A stretch of DNA of 64,000 bases from Arenicellales bacterium (GTDB lineage Bacteria > Pseudomonadota > Gammaproteobacteria > Arenicellales > JAJDZL01): contig CBDBFX010000002.1 of assembly GCA_965205205.1 (NCBI GenBank), positions 1,309,506 to 1,373,505 of the forward strand, in the 5' to 3' direction. The notes under the pieces are model-generated. The model saw nothing but the letters and a program-made list of their open reading frames with translations, was not told the origin of the DNA and did not search any database. The position numbers and the translations under genes were made by a program. Shown here in pieces: positions 29,691-40,019 of this stretch (position 1 is its first letter; each line of letters begins with the position of its first letter).

Positions 29691-31289
29691 ATGAATAAGC
29701 TCAGACTGCCAATCGGCTCCTCAGCCTTCCGCAACATCCGCGAGCGAGGCTACTATTATGTGGACAAGACGCACCACATTCAGAGACTGACCGAGGGTGG
29801 CGAATACTATTTCCTGTCGCGGCCGCGGCGGTTCGGGAAGACGCTGCTGGTGGACACGATGCAGGAGCTGTTCGAGGGGAGTGAAGAGCTGTTCCGCGGG
29901 CTTCACATCCACGATCACTGGGACTGGTCGGTCCGCCATCCGGTGGTGCGGCTGAGCTTCGGAGGCGATTACCGCGAATCGGTTGAGCTGGAAAGTGACA
30001 TCAGCGCGCAGCTGTCCGCCATAGAGGAAGAGGCGGGTCTTGAGCCTTCGCCGCCGACCCGCTCGGGCGCGGTGCGTCTGCGCCATGTCATCCGACAGCT
30101 GCATCGCACCAGCGGTCGGCAGGTGGTGGTGCTGGTGGACGAATACGACAAGCCGATCCTGGACCTGCTGGAGCGGACGGACCAGGCGAAGGCCAACCGC
30201 GACGGCCTGCGCGGCCTGTACGGTATCATCAAGGACTGCGCCCGCCACGTACGTTTCGTTTTCGTGACCGGCATCAGCATGTATTCGAAGGTGAGTCTGT
30301 TCTCGGGACTGAACAATCTGGACGACATCAGTCTGGATCCGGAGTATGCCACCATCTGTGGCTATACGGATGCGGACCTTGACACGGTGTTCGCCCCGGA
30401 GCTGTCGGGACTGAAACGAAAGACCATAAGGAAATGGTACAATGGCTACAGCTGGCATGAACTCGGTGAGGAGAAGGTGTACAATCCCTTCGACGTGCTG
30501 CTGCTGTTCAAAAAAAGAAAGTTCAAGCCGCATTGGTACAGAACCGGCACGCCGGGCTTTCTGCACAAGCTGATGAGGAAGGGTCAGTTCAGCACGGTGG
30601 GGCTGGAGCAGCTGGAGATGCACGAGGAGGAGCTGTCGACGTTCGAGGTGGAGAAGGTCCGCCTCAATGCGCTGCTGTTCCAGTGCGGCTATCTGACCAT
30701 TCGGAACTGTTACGAACGCGACGGCAACACTTACTACCGCCTGGGCTATCCGAATCTGGAGGTGCGTCGGAGTCTGAATCGGGAGCTGGTGGGGGCGGTG
30801 AGCGGGGATCTGAAGCGGTCGCTGGCGACGGTCGGTCAGCTGTCTCGGCTGCTCACCGACAATGACTTCGAAGGCTTCGGCGTGGCGCTGCATTCGTTCT
30901 ATGCGAGCATTCCGCATCAGTGGCACGATGTCAGCGAGGTGGCGCGTTATGAGGCGTTTTACGCCAGCGTGCTGTATGCCAGTCTGATGGCGGTGCGGGC
31001 TGAGGTGCGGGCGGAGGAGTCGACGGTCAGGGGGCGGTCGGATCTGGTGGTGCTGTGTGGCGGTCAGGTGTTCGTGCTGGAGATCAAGGTGGCGGTGGCG
31101 GCCGGGGAGGTGGAGTCGAAGGTGGAGGAGGCGCTGACGCAGATGCGCGGGAAAGGCTATGCGAACAAATACCGCGGCCGCGGAGAGGCGATTCACCTGA
31201 TAGCGGTGGTGTTCAGCGGTGAGGAGCGCAATCTGGAGGCGCTGCGGGTGGAAGAGTTGCGCGGTGGGGAGAAGAAATTCGTCATATGA
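29691..31289 (+). CDS. fused P-loop ATPase (predicted AAA-ATPase type) / PD-(D/E)XK nuclease protein, copy 1
   Basis: 532 aa. Walker A-like RPRRFGKT, Walker B VVVLVDEYD, and C-terminal D...ExK (RSDLVV...VLEIKV). Visibly more GC-rich than its flanks. It is a paralog of 43096-44676. Confidence 0.8.
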   Translation: MNKLRLPIGSSAFRNIRERGYYYVDKTHHIQRLTEGGEYYFLSRPRRFGKTLLVDTMQELFEGSEELFRGLHIHDHWDWSVRHPVVRLSFGGDYRESVELESDISAQLSAIEEEAGLEPSPPTRSGAVRLRHVIRQLHRTSGRQVVVLVDEYDKPILDLLERTDQAKANRDGLRGLYGIIKDCARHVRFVFVTGISMYSKVSLFSGLNNLDDISLDPEYATICGYTDADLDTVFAPELSGLKRKTIRKWYNGYSWHELGEEKVYNPFDVLLLFKKRKFKPHWYRTGTPGFLHKLMRKGQFSTVGLEQLEMHEEELSTFEVEKVRLNALLFQCGYLTIRNCYERDGNTYYRLGYPNLEVRRSLNRELVGAVSGDLKRSLATVGQLSRLLTDNDFEGFGVALHSFYASIPHQWHDVSEVARYEAFYASVLYASLMAVRAEVRAEESTVRGRSDLVVLCGGQVFVLEIKVAVAAGEVESKVEEALTQMRGKGYANKYRGRGEAIHLIAVVFSGEERNLEALRVEELRGGEKKFVI

Positions 31290-31774
31290 CGGTTCATGGT
31301 CATTTGTTAAGAATGAAAACCGTTACCGCAGCGAACTTCAGGCTTCGCCTTGGGTACCGGGGATTTCGAACAATGGTTTGAAAATCTTATTGACCTTGAC
31401 TAAGGAGATTTGACCCTTTGGAAATGATTTTTCCGCCACTCGGAGCAGAGAGGCATCAGAATAGTATGTTCTGGGACATGATCACACAGGTATGGCTTCC
31501 GTAGGGATCGATGAAGTTCTGTCGTTCAGGTACTTGTATTTTGCCCCAACCCACCCATTGGGTAAAATATGGGAACGAGGTGAGTAGTTACGCGATCCTT
31601 AGAATAAGATATACATACAAAAACAAATATATAAACATACACTCCGTTTATTCAATGATCGTAGCAAAATTTGACTAAAATAATTGCCATTGGCACTAGC
31701 CTGCGAAATTTACTTACAGTAAACTTCACCAATCATTAATTTTTTAATTTTTTCCATTCGCAGAGGAATCAATA

Positions 31775-32260
31775 ATGAAATCAGTTCTCAAAACCTTCCT
31801 ATTTGGATTGGCGGCATCTTTCTTTCTGGGAGCTGCGGCCATCGCGGACCACCATAGCTACGGGAAACAAAAGGTAGTCTATCACATCAATTATGACAAC
31901 CCCAAAGCTCATGTCGGGGCGCTCAGGAACATTCAGAACCACATCAATGCGGTCGGCGCGGAAAATCTGGATCTCAAGGTGGTGTTGCATGGCAACGGCC
32001 TGGCACTGCTACTTGACCCATCGTCTCTGGATAGTGTCAGAAATTTCAAGCATGCAAATGCGACGGAAGAAATGACCGCCAAAGTCGCCGCTCTCAAAGA
32101 CCAAGGGGTTGACTTCAACGTCTGCGCCAACACCGTCAGAGGACGTAAGGTAGACTACACCAACGATCTGTACGATGTGTCGGAAGCGGATATTGTTCCA
32201 AGTGGCGTTGCGGAAGTCGCCAAACTGCAGGCCATGGGTTATTCCTATATCAAACCCTGA
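31775..32260 (+). CDS. DsrE/DsrF-like family protein with signal peptide
   Basis: 161 aa. A hydrophobic N-terminus, then VVYHINYDNP...VVLHGNG...FNVCANT, typical of the DsrE-like fold family. Confidence 0.7.
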   Translation: MKSVLKTFLFGLAASFFLGAAAIADHHSYGKQKVVYHINYDNPKAHVGALRNIQNHINAVGAENLDLKVVLHGNGLALLLDPSSLDSVRNFKHANATEEMTAKVAALKDQGVDFNVCANTVRGRKVDYTNDLYDVSEADIVPSGVAEVAKLQAMGYSYIKP

Positions 32261-32290
32261 TCAGAATCAGAAATTGTTCACTGAGAAAAG

Positions 32291-32315
32291 TCGTCGGACC
32301 AAGACGGGTTTTTTC
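32291..32315 (+). terminator. rho-independent terminator after the DsrE-like gene
   Basis: TCGTC-GGACCAA-GACGG stem-loop followed by GTTTTTTCTC. Confidence 0.5.
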
Positions 32316-32474
32316 TCATCACGCCATCCTATCAGTAGTTTCAGGGGCGGTGGTGATTGATAAGATGAAAAAGACTGATGCACAGCGATCGCCGCTCCTC
32401 CGTATGGCAGTTTCTGAACGTGCTGAAACAAACGCAGCCATATCCAGCAATGGTGATTTTCCCTTTCGCTGAAA

Positions 32475-33296
32475 ATGTTTAATCCCTGGCTTCACATGCA
32501 GCCATCGCAACCATTCCCTTCCTGGGGGATGTCGCCTGGAATTCAACCTGATTTCGCATCGCCCGTATTCGCACAGCTTTTCGATTTTGGCAGTCTACTT
32601 CGATTATTGCAGGAGGCCGCACAAAATCAGGCCGCCGACGCGCAGGCCAAACGACGAATGGAAGAGTGGATTCGTACATTTTCCGCTTTTACCGTCCCAC
32701 CCATGTCTGGAGCACCGGTTCCGGCCGCCCATCAGCAGAATCCATGGGCAAATCTGTTCAATTTGAATCAGCCACAGAGCATCTGGAACTTGCCGATTCC
32801 AGATGCACCCGCACTCGGTATCACACGGGAGTATCAGGAAGACTGGAATAGACTACTCAGACTTCGTCAGGACTGCGATACGGCATTTTGGAATTTCAGT
32901 GAGCTGTTTCAGGAGTTTTCCAAACGCGTCAGTGAATCATTCGTGGATTCGATCTCAAGTGCCAACGAAGCAATGGATTTCCGCGCGTTGTCTCGTAAAT
33001 GGATTGATCACTGTGAAAGTGAGTTCCAGGTCATTGCCCAATCCTCCGAGTTTTCGGACCGCTTTGGCCAATTGATCAACGCGAATCTCAAACTGCTGCG
33101 GCACGGGAATCGGATACGGGAAAAATTCGCTGGGCTTCAGGGTCAGCCGACGCGCGGGGAACTGGATGTGCTGCAGCGTCAGAACCTCGAAGCTCAGATG
33201 AAAATTACGGCACTCGAAAATCGAATTCGTGAAATGGAATCCAGCATCGCTTCGCCGCGTAAAAATAAGCCGAAAACGAGAAAATCTGACGCTTGA
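32475..33296 (+). CDS. phaE: class III PHA synthase subunit PhaE (putative)
   Basis: 273 aa, low-complexity and coiled-coil-like, lying immediately upstream of a class III-sized phaC. The call rests mainly on position. Confidence 0.6.
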   Translation: MFNPWLHMQPSQPFPSWGMSPGIQPDFASPVFAQLFDFGSLLRLLQEAAQNQAADAQAKRRMEEWIRTFSAFTVPPMSGAPVPAAHQQNPWANLFNLNQPQSIWNLPIPDAPALGITREYQEDWNRLLRLRQDCDTAFWNFSELFQEFSKRVSESFVDSISSANEAMDFRALSRKWIDHCESEFQVIAQSSEFSDRFGQLINANLKLLRHGNRIREKFAGLQGQPTRGELDVLQRQNLEAQMKITALENRIREMESSIASPRKNKPKTRKSDA

Positions 33297-33314
33297 ATCG
33301 TTTGACCGCAACCG

Positions 33315-34376
33315 ATGAGCACCAACGAGAAATATATTAACGATGCCATTGAATTTCAGTCCCGACTTACCGAAGGTGCGAAGGTATTGGCTGGACTTGG
33401 AAACATCGAGGTCGGGTCAACACCAAAAGACAAGATATTCGAAGCGGGACGGATGGCTCTTTACCGCTATCGGTCACTGATCGATGCTGAGCCTTCCTCA
33501 CCACCCCTATTGATCGTCTATGCACTGGTCAACCGACCCTATATCGTTGACCTGTACGAACAGCGTTCGTTGGTGCGAGGACTGCTGCATGAGGGTCAGG
33601 ATGTCTATCTCATTGACTGGGGCTATCCCAAATCCATTGACCGCTTCCTGGACCTATCCCATTATGTCAACGACATGATCGGTCAGTGTGTCGCCGAAAT
33701 CCTGCGTCATACCCATTCATCGAAAATCAACCTGCTCGGCATTTGCCAGGGCGGTACGATGAGTCTTTGCTACGCGGCCATGAATCCGAAGCAGATAGAA
33801 AATCTGATCACAATGGTAACGCCGGTTGATTTTCATACTCCGGACAACATTCTTGCCAACTGGTTTCGAAACATTGATGTCGACATGCTAGTCGACACGA
33901 TGGGCAACGTTCCTGGCATCATGCTGAACAGCATTTTCCTGTCGCTAAAGCCATTCAGACTTGGGCTTGAAAAATACCTTGACTTTATCGATGTGATCGA
34001 TCAGAAAGATAAAGTCGAAAACTTCATGCGCATGGAGAAATGGATTTTCGACAGCCCCGATCAGGCGGGGGCGATGTTTCGCACTTTCCTGAAGACATTC
34101 TTTCACGATAATGGGTTGGTCTCAGGCAAGGTCAGCATTGCCGGGCGGCCGGTCGATCTGAAGTCCATCCATTCGCCAATTCTCAACCTGATGGCCAAAC
34201 ACGACCACCTTGTGCCTCCGTCCTCATCGAAAGCACTCAAATACCTGACCAGTACCCACGACTATACGGAAAAAATCTATGACACAGGACATATTGGAAT
34301 CTATGTCAGCGGTAAAGCCGGAGGCGATATTCCAACCAGAATAGCCAATTGGCTGAATGATCGAAAGCCGGCCTGA
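33315..34376 (+). CDS. phaC: class III poly(R)-hydroxyalkanoate synthase subunit PhaC
   Basis: 353 aa, which is the class III size. It has the lipase-box-like GICQGG motif with the catalytic Cys. Confidence 0.9.
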   Translation: MSTNEKYINDAIEFQSRLTEGAKVLAGLGNIEVGSTPKDKIFEAGRMALYRYRSLIDAEPSSPPLLIVYALVNRPYIVDLYEQRSLVRGLLHEGQDVYLIDWGYPKSIDRFLDLSHYVNDMIGQCVAEILRHTHSSKINLLGICQGGTMSLCYAAMNPKQIENLITMVTPVDFHTPDNILANWFRNIDVDMLVDTMGNVPGIMLNSIFLSLKPFRLGLEKYLDFIDVIDQKDKVENFMRMEKWIFDSPDQAGAMFRTFLKTFFHDNGLVSGKVSIAGRPVDLKSIHSPILNLMAKHDHLVPPSSSKALKYLTSTHDYTEKIYDTGHIGIYVSGKAGGDIPTRIANWLNDRKPA

Positions 34377-34385
34377 CGGTTTGAA

Positions 34386-35078
34386 TCAGCCGCTCGCCTT
34401 AACGCGGAAAACCAATGGCTGATGATCAAGCTTTGTCAGCCTGTCCATAGTGGCCTCGACCGCACCATACTGACGAAACGGCCCCATCCGCACGCGAAAA
34501 AAATCACCTCTACCTTCAATGCTCACTTTCTGAATGTATGTCTCAAGCCCATTGATGGCAAGCGTCGCCTTGATTCGGTCAGCATCACCAAATTTTCGAA
34601 AGGAACCGATTTGAATGATGTAAGCGGAGCCGCTGTCAGCTGCGGGGTTCGACTGTGTTACGGCCGGCGCGGTCTTTTCTTTAGCTTCTGCGGCAGCTGA
34701 GTCTTCGGCCGTAGACTGCCTGGTTACCGTATCGACTTCGGACTGTCCATCTTTCAGCTGTTCCTTTGAATCGGTTCTGTTTTCTCTTGCCGGCATCTGC
34801 AGAACATACTCTTCTTCCATTAAAAGTTCGCGGTAATCGAACTTGAAGCCAGGCGAATCATCGGTCACTGCAACGGTTTGACCCGATGTGACGGAAGACG
34901 ACCTGTGGGTCGGTTCATGCAGCAGACTGCTTAATCCAGAACCATTGGGACTGTCATCAAAAAACCCCCTGCCAAGAACCGTACCAAGTGAACCGACGAT
35001 TACCCCCATCACGAAAATCCCGAATCCCGATGATGATCGGCGGGTCTTGCGCTTGGACTTTCTTCTTGATTGCGCCAT
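34386..35078 (-). CDS. SPOR-domain (peptidoglycan-binding) membrane protein
   Basis: An N-terminal basic segment plus one TM helix, a low-complexity linker, and a C-terminal SPOR-like domain (YIIQIGSFRKFGDADRI...FRVRMGPF). Confidence 0.8.
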   Translation of the reverse strand: MAQSRRKSKRKTRRSSSGFGIFVMGVIVGSLGTVLGRGFFDDSPNGSGLSSLLHEPTHRSSSVTSGQTVAVTDDSPGFKFDYRELLMEEEYVLQMPARENRTDSKEQLKDGQSEVDTVTRQSTAEDSAAAEAKEKTAPAVTQSNPAADSGSAYIIQIGSFRKFGDADRIKATLAINGLETYIQKVSIEGRGDFFRVRMGPFRQYGAVEATMDRLTKLDHQPLVFRVKASG

Positions 35079-35081
35079 GCG

Positions 35082-36824
35082 TTACATTGACTCGGGTGCC
35101 GATACGCCAAGAATGTCAAGGCCGTTTGCCAGCACCTGGCGCACCGCGTCAATCAGATTCAATCGCGCGTCGCGTCGGGCGGGTTCACAATCCAGAATCC
35201 GAACGCGGTTATAGAAAGAATGAAAATCGGTGGCCAGTTCGCGCAGGTAATAGGCGATCTGATGAGGTTCAAACCCAGTTGCCGCACTTTCAACCACTTC
35301 TGGGTATCTGGAGATCTGTCTAATCAATTTCAGTTCCGTTTCCTCATCAAGCAGCGTGTGATCGCAATCGACATGCCGCGTGAGGCCCCGTTTCGTCAGC
35401 TGTTGAAATACACTGCAAACTCGAGCGTGCGCATACTGCACATAATATACAGGATTTTCATTGGACTGGGCTTTCGCCAATTGCAGATCGAAATCCAAGT
35501 GCTGCTCAGGTTTCCTGAGGGCATAAAAAAACCGGGTGGCGTCTTTGCCGATTTCCTTGACCATTTCCTCGAGTGGAACAAACTCGCCGGCGCGCGTCGA
35601 CATTGGAATTTTCTCCTTGCCGCGCCATAAGGCGACAAATTGTACGACCGATATCCACAGCCGCCCCGGGTCTTCGCCGGCCGCCTGCATCGCCGCTTTC
35701 ATTCTGGCGATATAACCATGATGATCAGCGCCCCAGATATTGATATCGAGATCATGCCCCCGTTTCAACTTGTTCAGGTGATAGGCGATGTCGGTTGCGA
35801 AGTAAGTCAGCTCGCCATTCGAGCGGCGTAGCACCCGGTCTTTTTCATCGCCATAGTCGCTGGAGCGAAACCAAGTCGCCCCGCCCGACTGATAAAGACA
35901 CCCGTTCCGCTCAAGGAGTTCGATTGCCGCTTCGACTTCACCACTATTCGCAACCTGGCTTTCGAAAAACCACAAATTGTGAACCACACCGATATTTTCA
36001 AGATCCGCACGGATCACCTCAACCATTTCCGCCAGTACGAACTGGCGCAGAACGTCGAATCGGTTGGCACCGAGCCCAGCGCGCACCTGCCTGATCAATG
36101 AATCGAGAATCGCATCATCATCCTCGCCTTCCCATTCCAGCCGTGCGGCCCGCTCGCAGTCGAACTGAGCGCCAGGTCGCTCCCTGAGACGGGTGGCGAT
36201 ATCAATGATGTATCCGCCCTGGTAAGCCGCCATCGGCAACGAAACTCCGCTCCCACTCTGCTGCAGATACCGAATCCAGACACTGACACTGAGAATGTCC
36301 ATCTGTCGACCGATATCATTAACATAGTATTCGGTATCAACCTGATGTCCGGCGGCCCGCAGCAGACGCGCCAGGGAATCGCCATACGCCGCGCCGCGGC
36401 CGTGACCGACATGCAGCGGACCCGTTGGATTGGCCGACACGTACTCCAGCAGAATCCTGTCAGCCTTTTCGGCAACCGCACTTCCATAGGCTTGCCGACT
36501 TTTCAGAACCTCGGGTATGACATCGATCAGAGCCTGCTCAGAAAGAAAGAAATTAATGAATCCGGGACCCGCGGTTTCGGTTGCTTTCAAGAAGGAGGAC
36601 GCTGGCAGTCTGCTCTGAATCAGCGCCGCCAGATCGCGGGGTTTAAGGCCTGCATGACGGGCGATGACCAGAGCAATGCCCGATGCGTAGTCTCCCTGAC
36701 CCTCGCGCCGCGGTCGCTCAACCGGAATCGCGGGCGGCAGTACGTGAGAATCAATTTCACCCGCCTCTACCAGTTCTGCCAACGCCTGCTTCAGCAGCTG
36801 TCGAATTTTTTGTTTCACTGTCAA
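35082..36824 (-). CDS. argS: arginine--tRNA ligase
   Basis: 580 aa with the class I HIGH-type motif PTGPLHVGHGRGA and overall ArgS architecture. Confidence 0.95.
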   Translation of the reverse strand: MTVKQKIRQLLKQALAELVEAGEIDSHVLPPAIPVERPRREGQGDYASGIALVIARHAGLKPRDLAALIQSRLPASSFLKATETAGPGFINFFLSEQALIDVIPEVLKSRQAYGSAVAEKADRILLEYVSANPTGPLHVGHGRGAAYGDSLARLLRAAGHQVDTEYYVNDIGRQMDILSVSVWIRYLQQSGSGVSLPMAAYQGGYIIDIATRLRERPGAQFDCERAARLEWEGEDDDAILDSLIRQVRAGLGANRFDVLRQFVLAEMVEVIRADLENIGVVHNLWFFESQVANSGEVEAAIELLERNGCLYQSGGATWFRSSDYGDEKDRVLRRSNGELTYFATDIAYHLNKLKRGHDLDINIWGADHHGYIARMKAAMQAAGEDPGRLWISVVQFVALWRGKEKIPMSTRAGEFVPLEEMVKEIGKDATRFFYALRKPEQHLDFDLQLAKAQSNENPVYYVQYAHARVCSVFQQLTKRGLTRHVDCDHTLLDEETELKLIRQISRYPEVVESAATGFEPHQIAYYLRELATDFHSFYNRVRILDCEPARRDARLNLIDAVRQVLANGLDILGVSAPESM

Positions 36825-36830
36825 TACGAA

Positions 36831-39038
36831 TTAAGAAAAATCAACCGGGTCCACATCCAGACTCCAGCGCAGTTTGCCTTTTTTTGGAATTTTCTCCAGC
36901 TGCGGCATCCACTCCTTCAGAAACTGTTTCAGATGTGTGGGATGGGAGCCGCTAACCAAGATCTGAGCGCGATACCTGTTGGATATTTTCTGAATGGGAG
37001 ACTGTAATATATCAAACACCCGCACCCGCGTTTCATCCTGTTTGTCCGCCATCGCAGCCGCGATGCTGCGGGCAGTTTTCAGGTATTCAATTTCCTCTCC
37101 CTGACTCAGCGAGTTCACCCGCAGCAACGCATAGTGGGTAAATGGGGGCTGAGCCGCCCGCCGCCGCTCGGCAAGTTCCAAGCGCGCAAAATTCAGATAG
37201 TCATGCTTTCGAATGCAATCAAAGTATTCGCTTTCCGGATGCAGGGTCTGAACATAAACCTCACCTGGCTTTTCGGCGCGCCCCGCGCGCCCTGCAACCT
37301 GCTGCACCTGCTGCACCAGGTGTTCCATGGCGCGGAAATCCATACTGTAAAAGCCTTGATCAACATTCAATATGCCAACCAGCGTGACGTTTGGAAAATG
37401 ATGTCCCTTCGATAGCATCTGCGTACCAACCAGAATGTCCACTTCACCTTTCCGTATGCGTTCAAATTTACGTTCGAATTCTCGATAGGATGACGTCGTG
37501 TCGCGGTCAATTCTGATCGCTCTGGCACCAGGAATGGCTCGCTGTAATTCCTGCTCCACACGCTGCGTTCCAACACCAAGCAGCTGCACCGGTCCCGACA
37601 GACAGACCGGGCATTGAGTTGGCGCGGCACTACTGCGCAGACACAGGTGACAATGCAGTCGATTGTCAGACTGATGAAAAATCAGGTGCGCATCACATTT
37701 GTCGCAGTTCGCCGTCCACTGGCAGGTTGAACAGACGACTACGGGTGCAAACCCCCGCCGATTGATGAATATCAGACTCTGTTCGCCTGCCGAGATGCGT
37801 CTTTTAACCTGACCCAGCAGCGTATTGGACAGTCCGTTGTGCACATACTCCTGACGAAGGTCAACGATCCTCACGGTCGGCATTGCGACCCGCGTCGCCC
37901 GTTCCGACAGCAGCAGAATCTTTGCGCGACCGGTCTTTGCCGCATGTACGGTCTCAAGCGATGGCGTGGCCGTACCAAAAATCACTGGAATATTCTCCAC
38001 CGCACCGCGATGCAGGGAAATCGAGCGCGCATGGTAACAAACCCGATCCTGCTGCTTGAATGAACTGTCGTGTTCCTCATCCATCACGATCATCTTTAGC
38101 TCCCTGAACGGCAGAAAAACCGCGGAACGGGTGCCGATCACCACCTTGACTTTGCCATCATAAGCCAGCCACCAGGTTTTGTGACGCTGAGCATCGGTGA
38201 GCCCAGAATGAAACGATGTGACCGGCACTCCCAGAGCGACCTTGACGCGCTCGACCAGCTGGGGTGACAGACCGATTTCAGGTACCAGCATCAGCACCTG
38301 TCCACCGGTTTCCAATACCTTGGCCATCGCCTGCAGATACACTTCGGTCTTGCCACTTCCGGTGACACCCTGAAGCAGAAAACACTGATACCGGTGCAAT
38401 GCCGCCAAAATGTGTCGACGCGCGTTCACCTGCTCAGCAGTCAGCGTACCAATCAGTTGCCGATGGCCGGCTGCGCCATCGATTTCCAGTTCTCGAGACT
38501 GAATCAGACCTTTCGATTCCAGCGCGGTCAAAGCGCCACTCCAGCTTTTGCCAACCTGATTAAACGCCGACGGGGGCAGGGCACCGGGGGCAGTTTTCAG
38601 CAGTCCGAAAATTTTTTTCTGCACTGGGGCCCGAGCAAGCTGACTTTCGTCACCAGTTCGCCCGATTTCAGTCAACTCATAGACGCGGCCAAACTTCGGT
38701 CGCAGGGCGCGTCCAAGGCGAACCGCTTTTGGCAGGGCGGCGGCCAGTACTTCTCCAATCGGCTGCTGATAATATTCGGCCACCCAGCGCAGCGTCTGAA
38801 TCAGAGAACTGGAGAAAACGGGTGTCGCGTCAAGAACCGTCTGAACGGCGCGGAGTTTTACCGCCGGATACTGAGACCTCGCCGCGTGTTCAACGATGAT
38901 GCCGACAAAACGGCGGCGCCCAAAGGGCACGAGAACGCGGCTGCCAATCGCCGCGACGGGCTCGCAGGTGTAATCGAACAGATCCCAATGCCGGATTGGA
39001 ACGGCAACTCGAACGATGCCCTTCACTGCCATGTCCAC
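36831..39038 (-). CDS. priA: primosomal protein N' (replication restart helicase)
   Basis: 735 aa with GVTGSGKT and DEEHD motifs and Cys-rich zinc-binding inserts (CSTCQW..CDKC, CHLC, CPVC). Confidence 0.95.
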   Translation of the reverse strand: MDMAVKGIVRVAVPIRHWDLFDYTCEPVAAIGSRVLVPFGRRRFVGIIVEHAARSQYPAVKLRAVQTVLDATPVFSSSLIQTLRWVAEYYQQPIGEVLAAALPKAVRLGRALRPKFGRVYELTEIGRTGDESQLARAPVQKKIFGLLKTAPGALPPSAFNQVGKSWSGALTALESKGLIQSRELEIDGAAGHRQLIGTLTAEQVNARRHILAALHRYQCFLLQGVTGSGKTEVYLQAMAKVLETGGQVLMLVPEIGLSPQLVERVKVALGVPVTSFHSGLTDAQRHKTWWLAYDGKVKVVIGTRSAVFLPFRELKMIVMDEEHDSSFKQQDRVCYHARSISLHRGAVENIPVIFGTATPSLETVHAAKTGRAKILLLSERATRVAMPTVRIVDLRQEYVHNGLSNTLLGQVKRRISAGEQSLIFINRRGFAPVVVCSTCQWTANCDKCDAHLIFHQSDNRLHCHLCLRSSAAPTQCPVCLSGPVQLLGVGTQRVEQELQRAIPGARAIRIDRDTTSSYREFERKFERIRKGEVDILVGTQMLSKGHHFPNVTLVGILNVDQGFYSMDFRAMEHLVQQVQQVAGRAGRAEKPGEVYVQTLHPESEYFDCIRKHDYLNFARLELAERRRAAQPPFTHYALLRVNSLSQGEEIEYLKTARSIAAAMADKQDETRVRVFDILQSPIQKISNRYRAQILVSGSHPTHLKQFLKEWMPQLEKIPKKGKLRWSLDVDPVDFS

Positions 39039-39105
39039 AAATTGCGATACAATGACCGAATCATATTCTCAAGGTCAGTCTTCGCACGAATCTCAGATTT
39101 TCGCC

Positions 39106-39984
39106 ATGCCGATTGCTGAATCAATCCATCCGCCCTGGCACAGAATTTCTGCATGTCTCGATGCCCCCATCACGGAGATATGCAGACTTTCGAACAGTAC
39201 GTCCGGCCCGACTTTCAGAATTTCCTGCACCATAGGACGGTTCTTCGTCAAACTGTGCAGGGAGGCTGATGTCCTGGCGGCTGAACATGACGGACTCGCA
39301 TCACTTCTCGCAACCCACGCGATTCGGGTACCAAAACCGATGGCACTCGCAACATTCGATTCGATTTCCGCACTTGTTTCAGAATACATTGAACTCTCGG
39401 GACTACAGACAGATTATCCGTTATTTGCGGCACAGTTATATTTCACACATTCTCAGCATGGCAGCCGTTTCGGCTGGCATCGCAACAACTATATTGGACC
39501 TTCGCAGCAGATCAATACCCAATGCGACAGCTGGTGTGAGTTCTTTCTCAATCATCGCCTGAATGTCCAGTTGCGAATGGCCGCGCGCAATGGATATGCC
39601 AATCACCTTCAATCGCTCGCCGAACGACTGCCCGATGCGGTCTGTGCCATTCTCGAAAATCACAATCCGGCCCCCAGTCTGCTGCATGGAGATCTGTGGG
39701 GTGGCAACTGCGGGTTCGACGATGCGGGTGCGCCCGTGGTTTACGACCCCGCGGTGTATTTTGGAGATTGTGAGGCGGAGCTGGCCATGACGCGGCTGTT
39801 CGGCTCATTGCCCGACGAATTCCATGTCGCCTATCAGCAACATCATCGGCTGCCTGATGGCTGGCAACTGCGCGCCTCAGTCTACAATCTCTATCACATT
39901 CTGAACCATCTGAACATCTTTGGAACCGCTTATCTCAGTCCTGCCAGACACCTGATGAACCTGATCCTCAGTGAAAGCAGGTAA
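39106..39984 (+). CDS. fructosamine/ketosamine kinase family protein
   Basis: HGDLWGGN catalytic motif and a kinase-like fold pattern. The start is placed at ATG 39106. The listed ORF start at 39016 would overlap priA. Confidence 0.75.
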   Translation: MPIAESIHPPWHRISACLDAPITEICRLSNSTSGPTFRISCTIGRFFVKLCREADVLAAEHDGLASLLATHAIRVPKPMALATFDSISALVSEYIELSGLQTDYPLFAAQLYFTHSQHGSRFGWHRNNYIGPSQQINTQCDSWCEFFLNHRLNVQLRMAARNGYANHLQSLAERLPDAVCAILENHNPAPSLLHGDLWGGNCGFDDAGAPVVYDPAVYFGDCEAELAMTRLFGSLPDEFHVAYQQHHRLPDGWQLRASVYNLYHILNHLNIFGTAYLSPARHLMNLILSESR

Positions 39985-40019
39985 CACGATTGAATGGGTG
40001 TTTCGGTTCCTGGGATGAC

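Noticed and set aside
29721-31196. 491-aa ORF antisense to the ATPase/nuclease gene. Similar long antisense ORFs occur at 43162-43722, 43792-44253, 60311-60823 and 62754-63605.
   Set aside because: These are shadow ORFs expected in GC-rich coding DNA. Their translations are Arg/Pro/His/Gln-rich with no motifs, while the sense strands carry clear Walker, nuclease or porin features.
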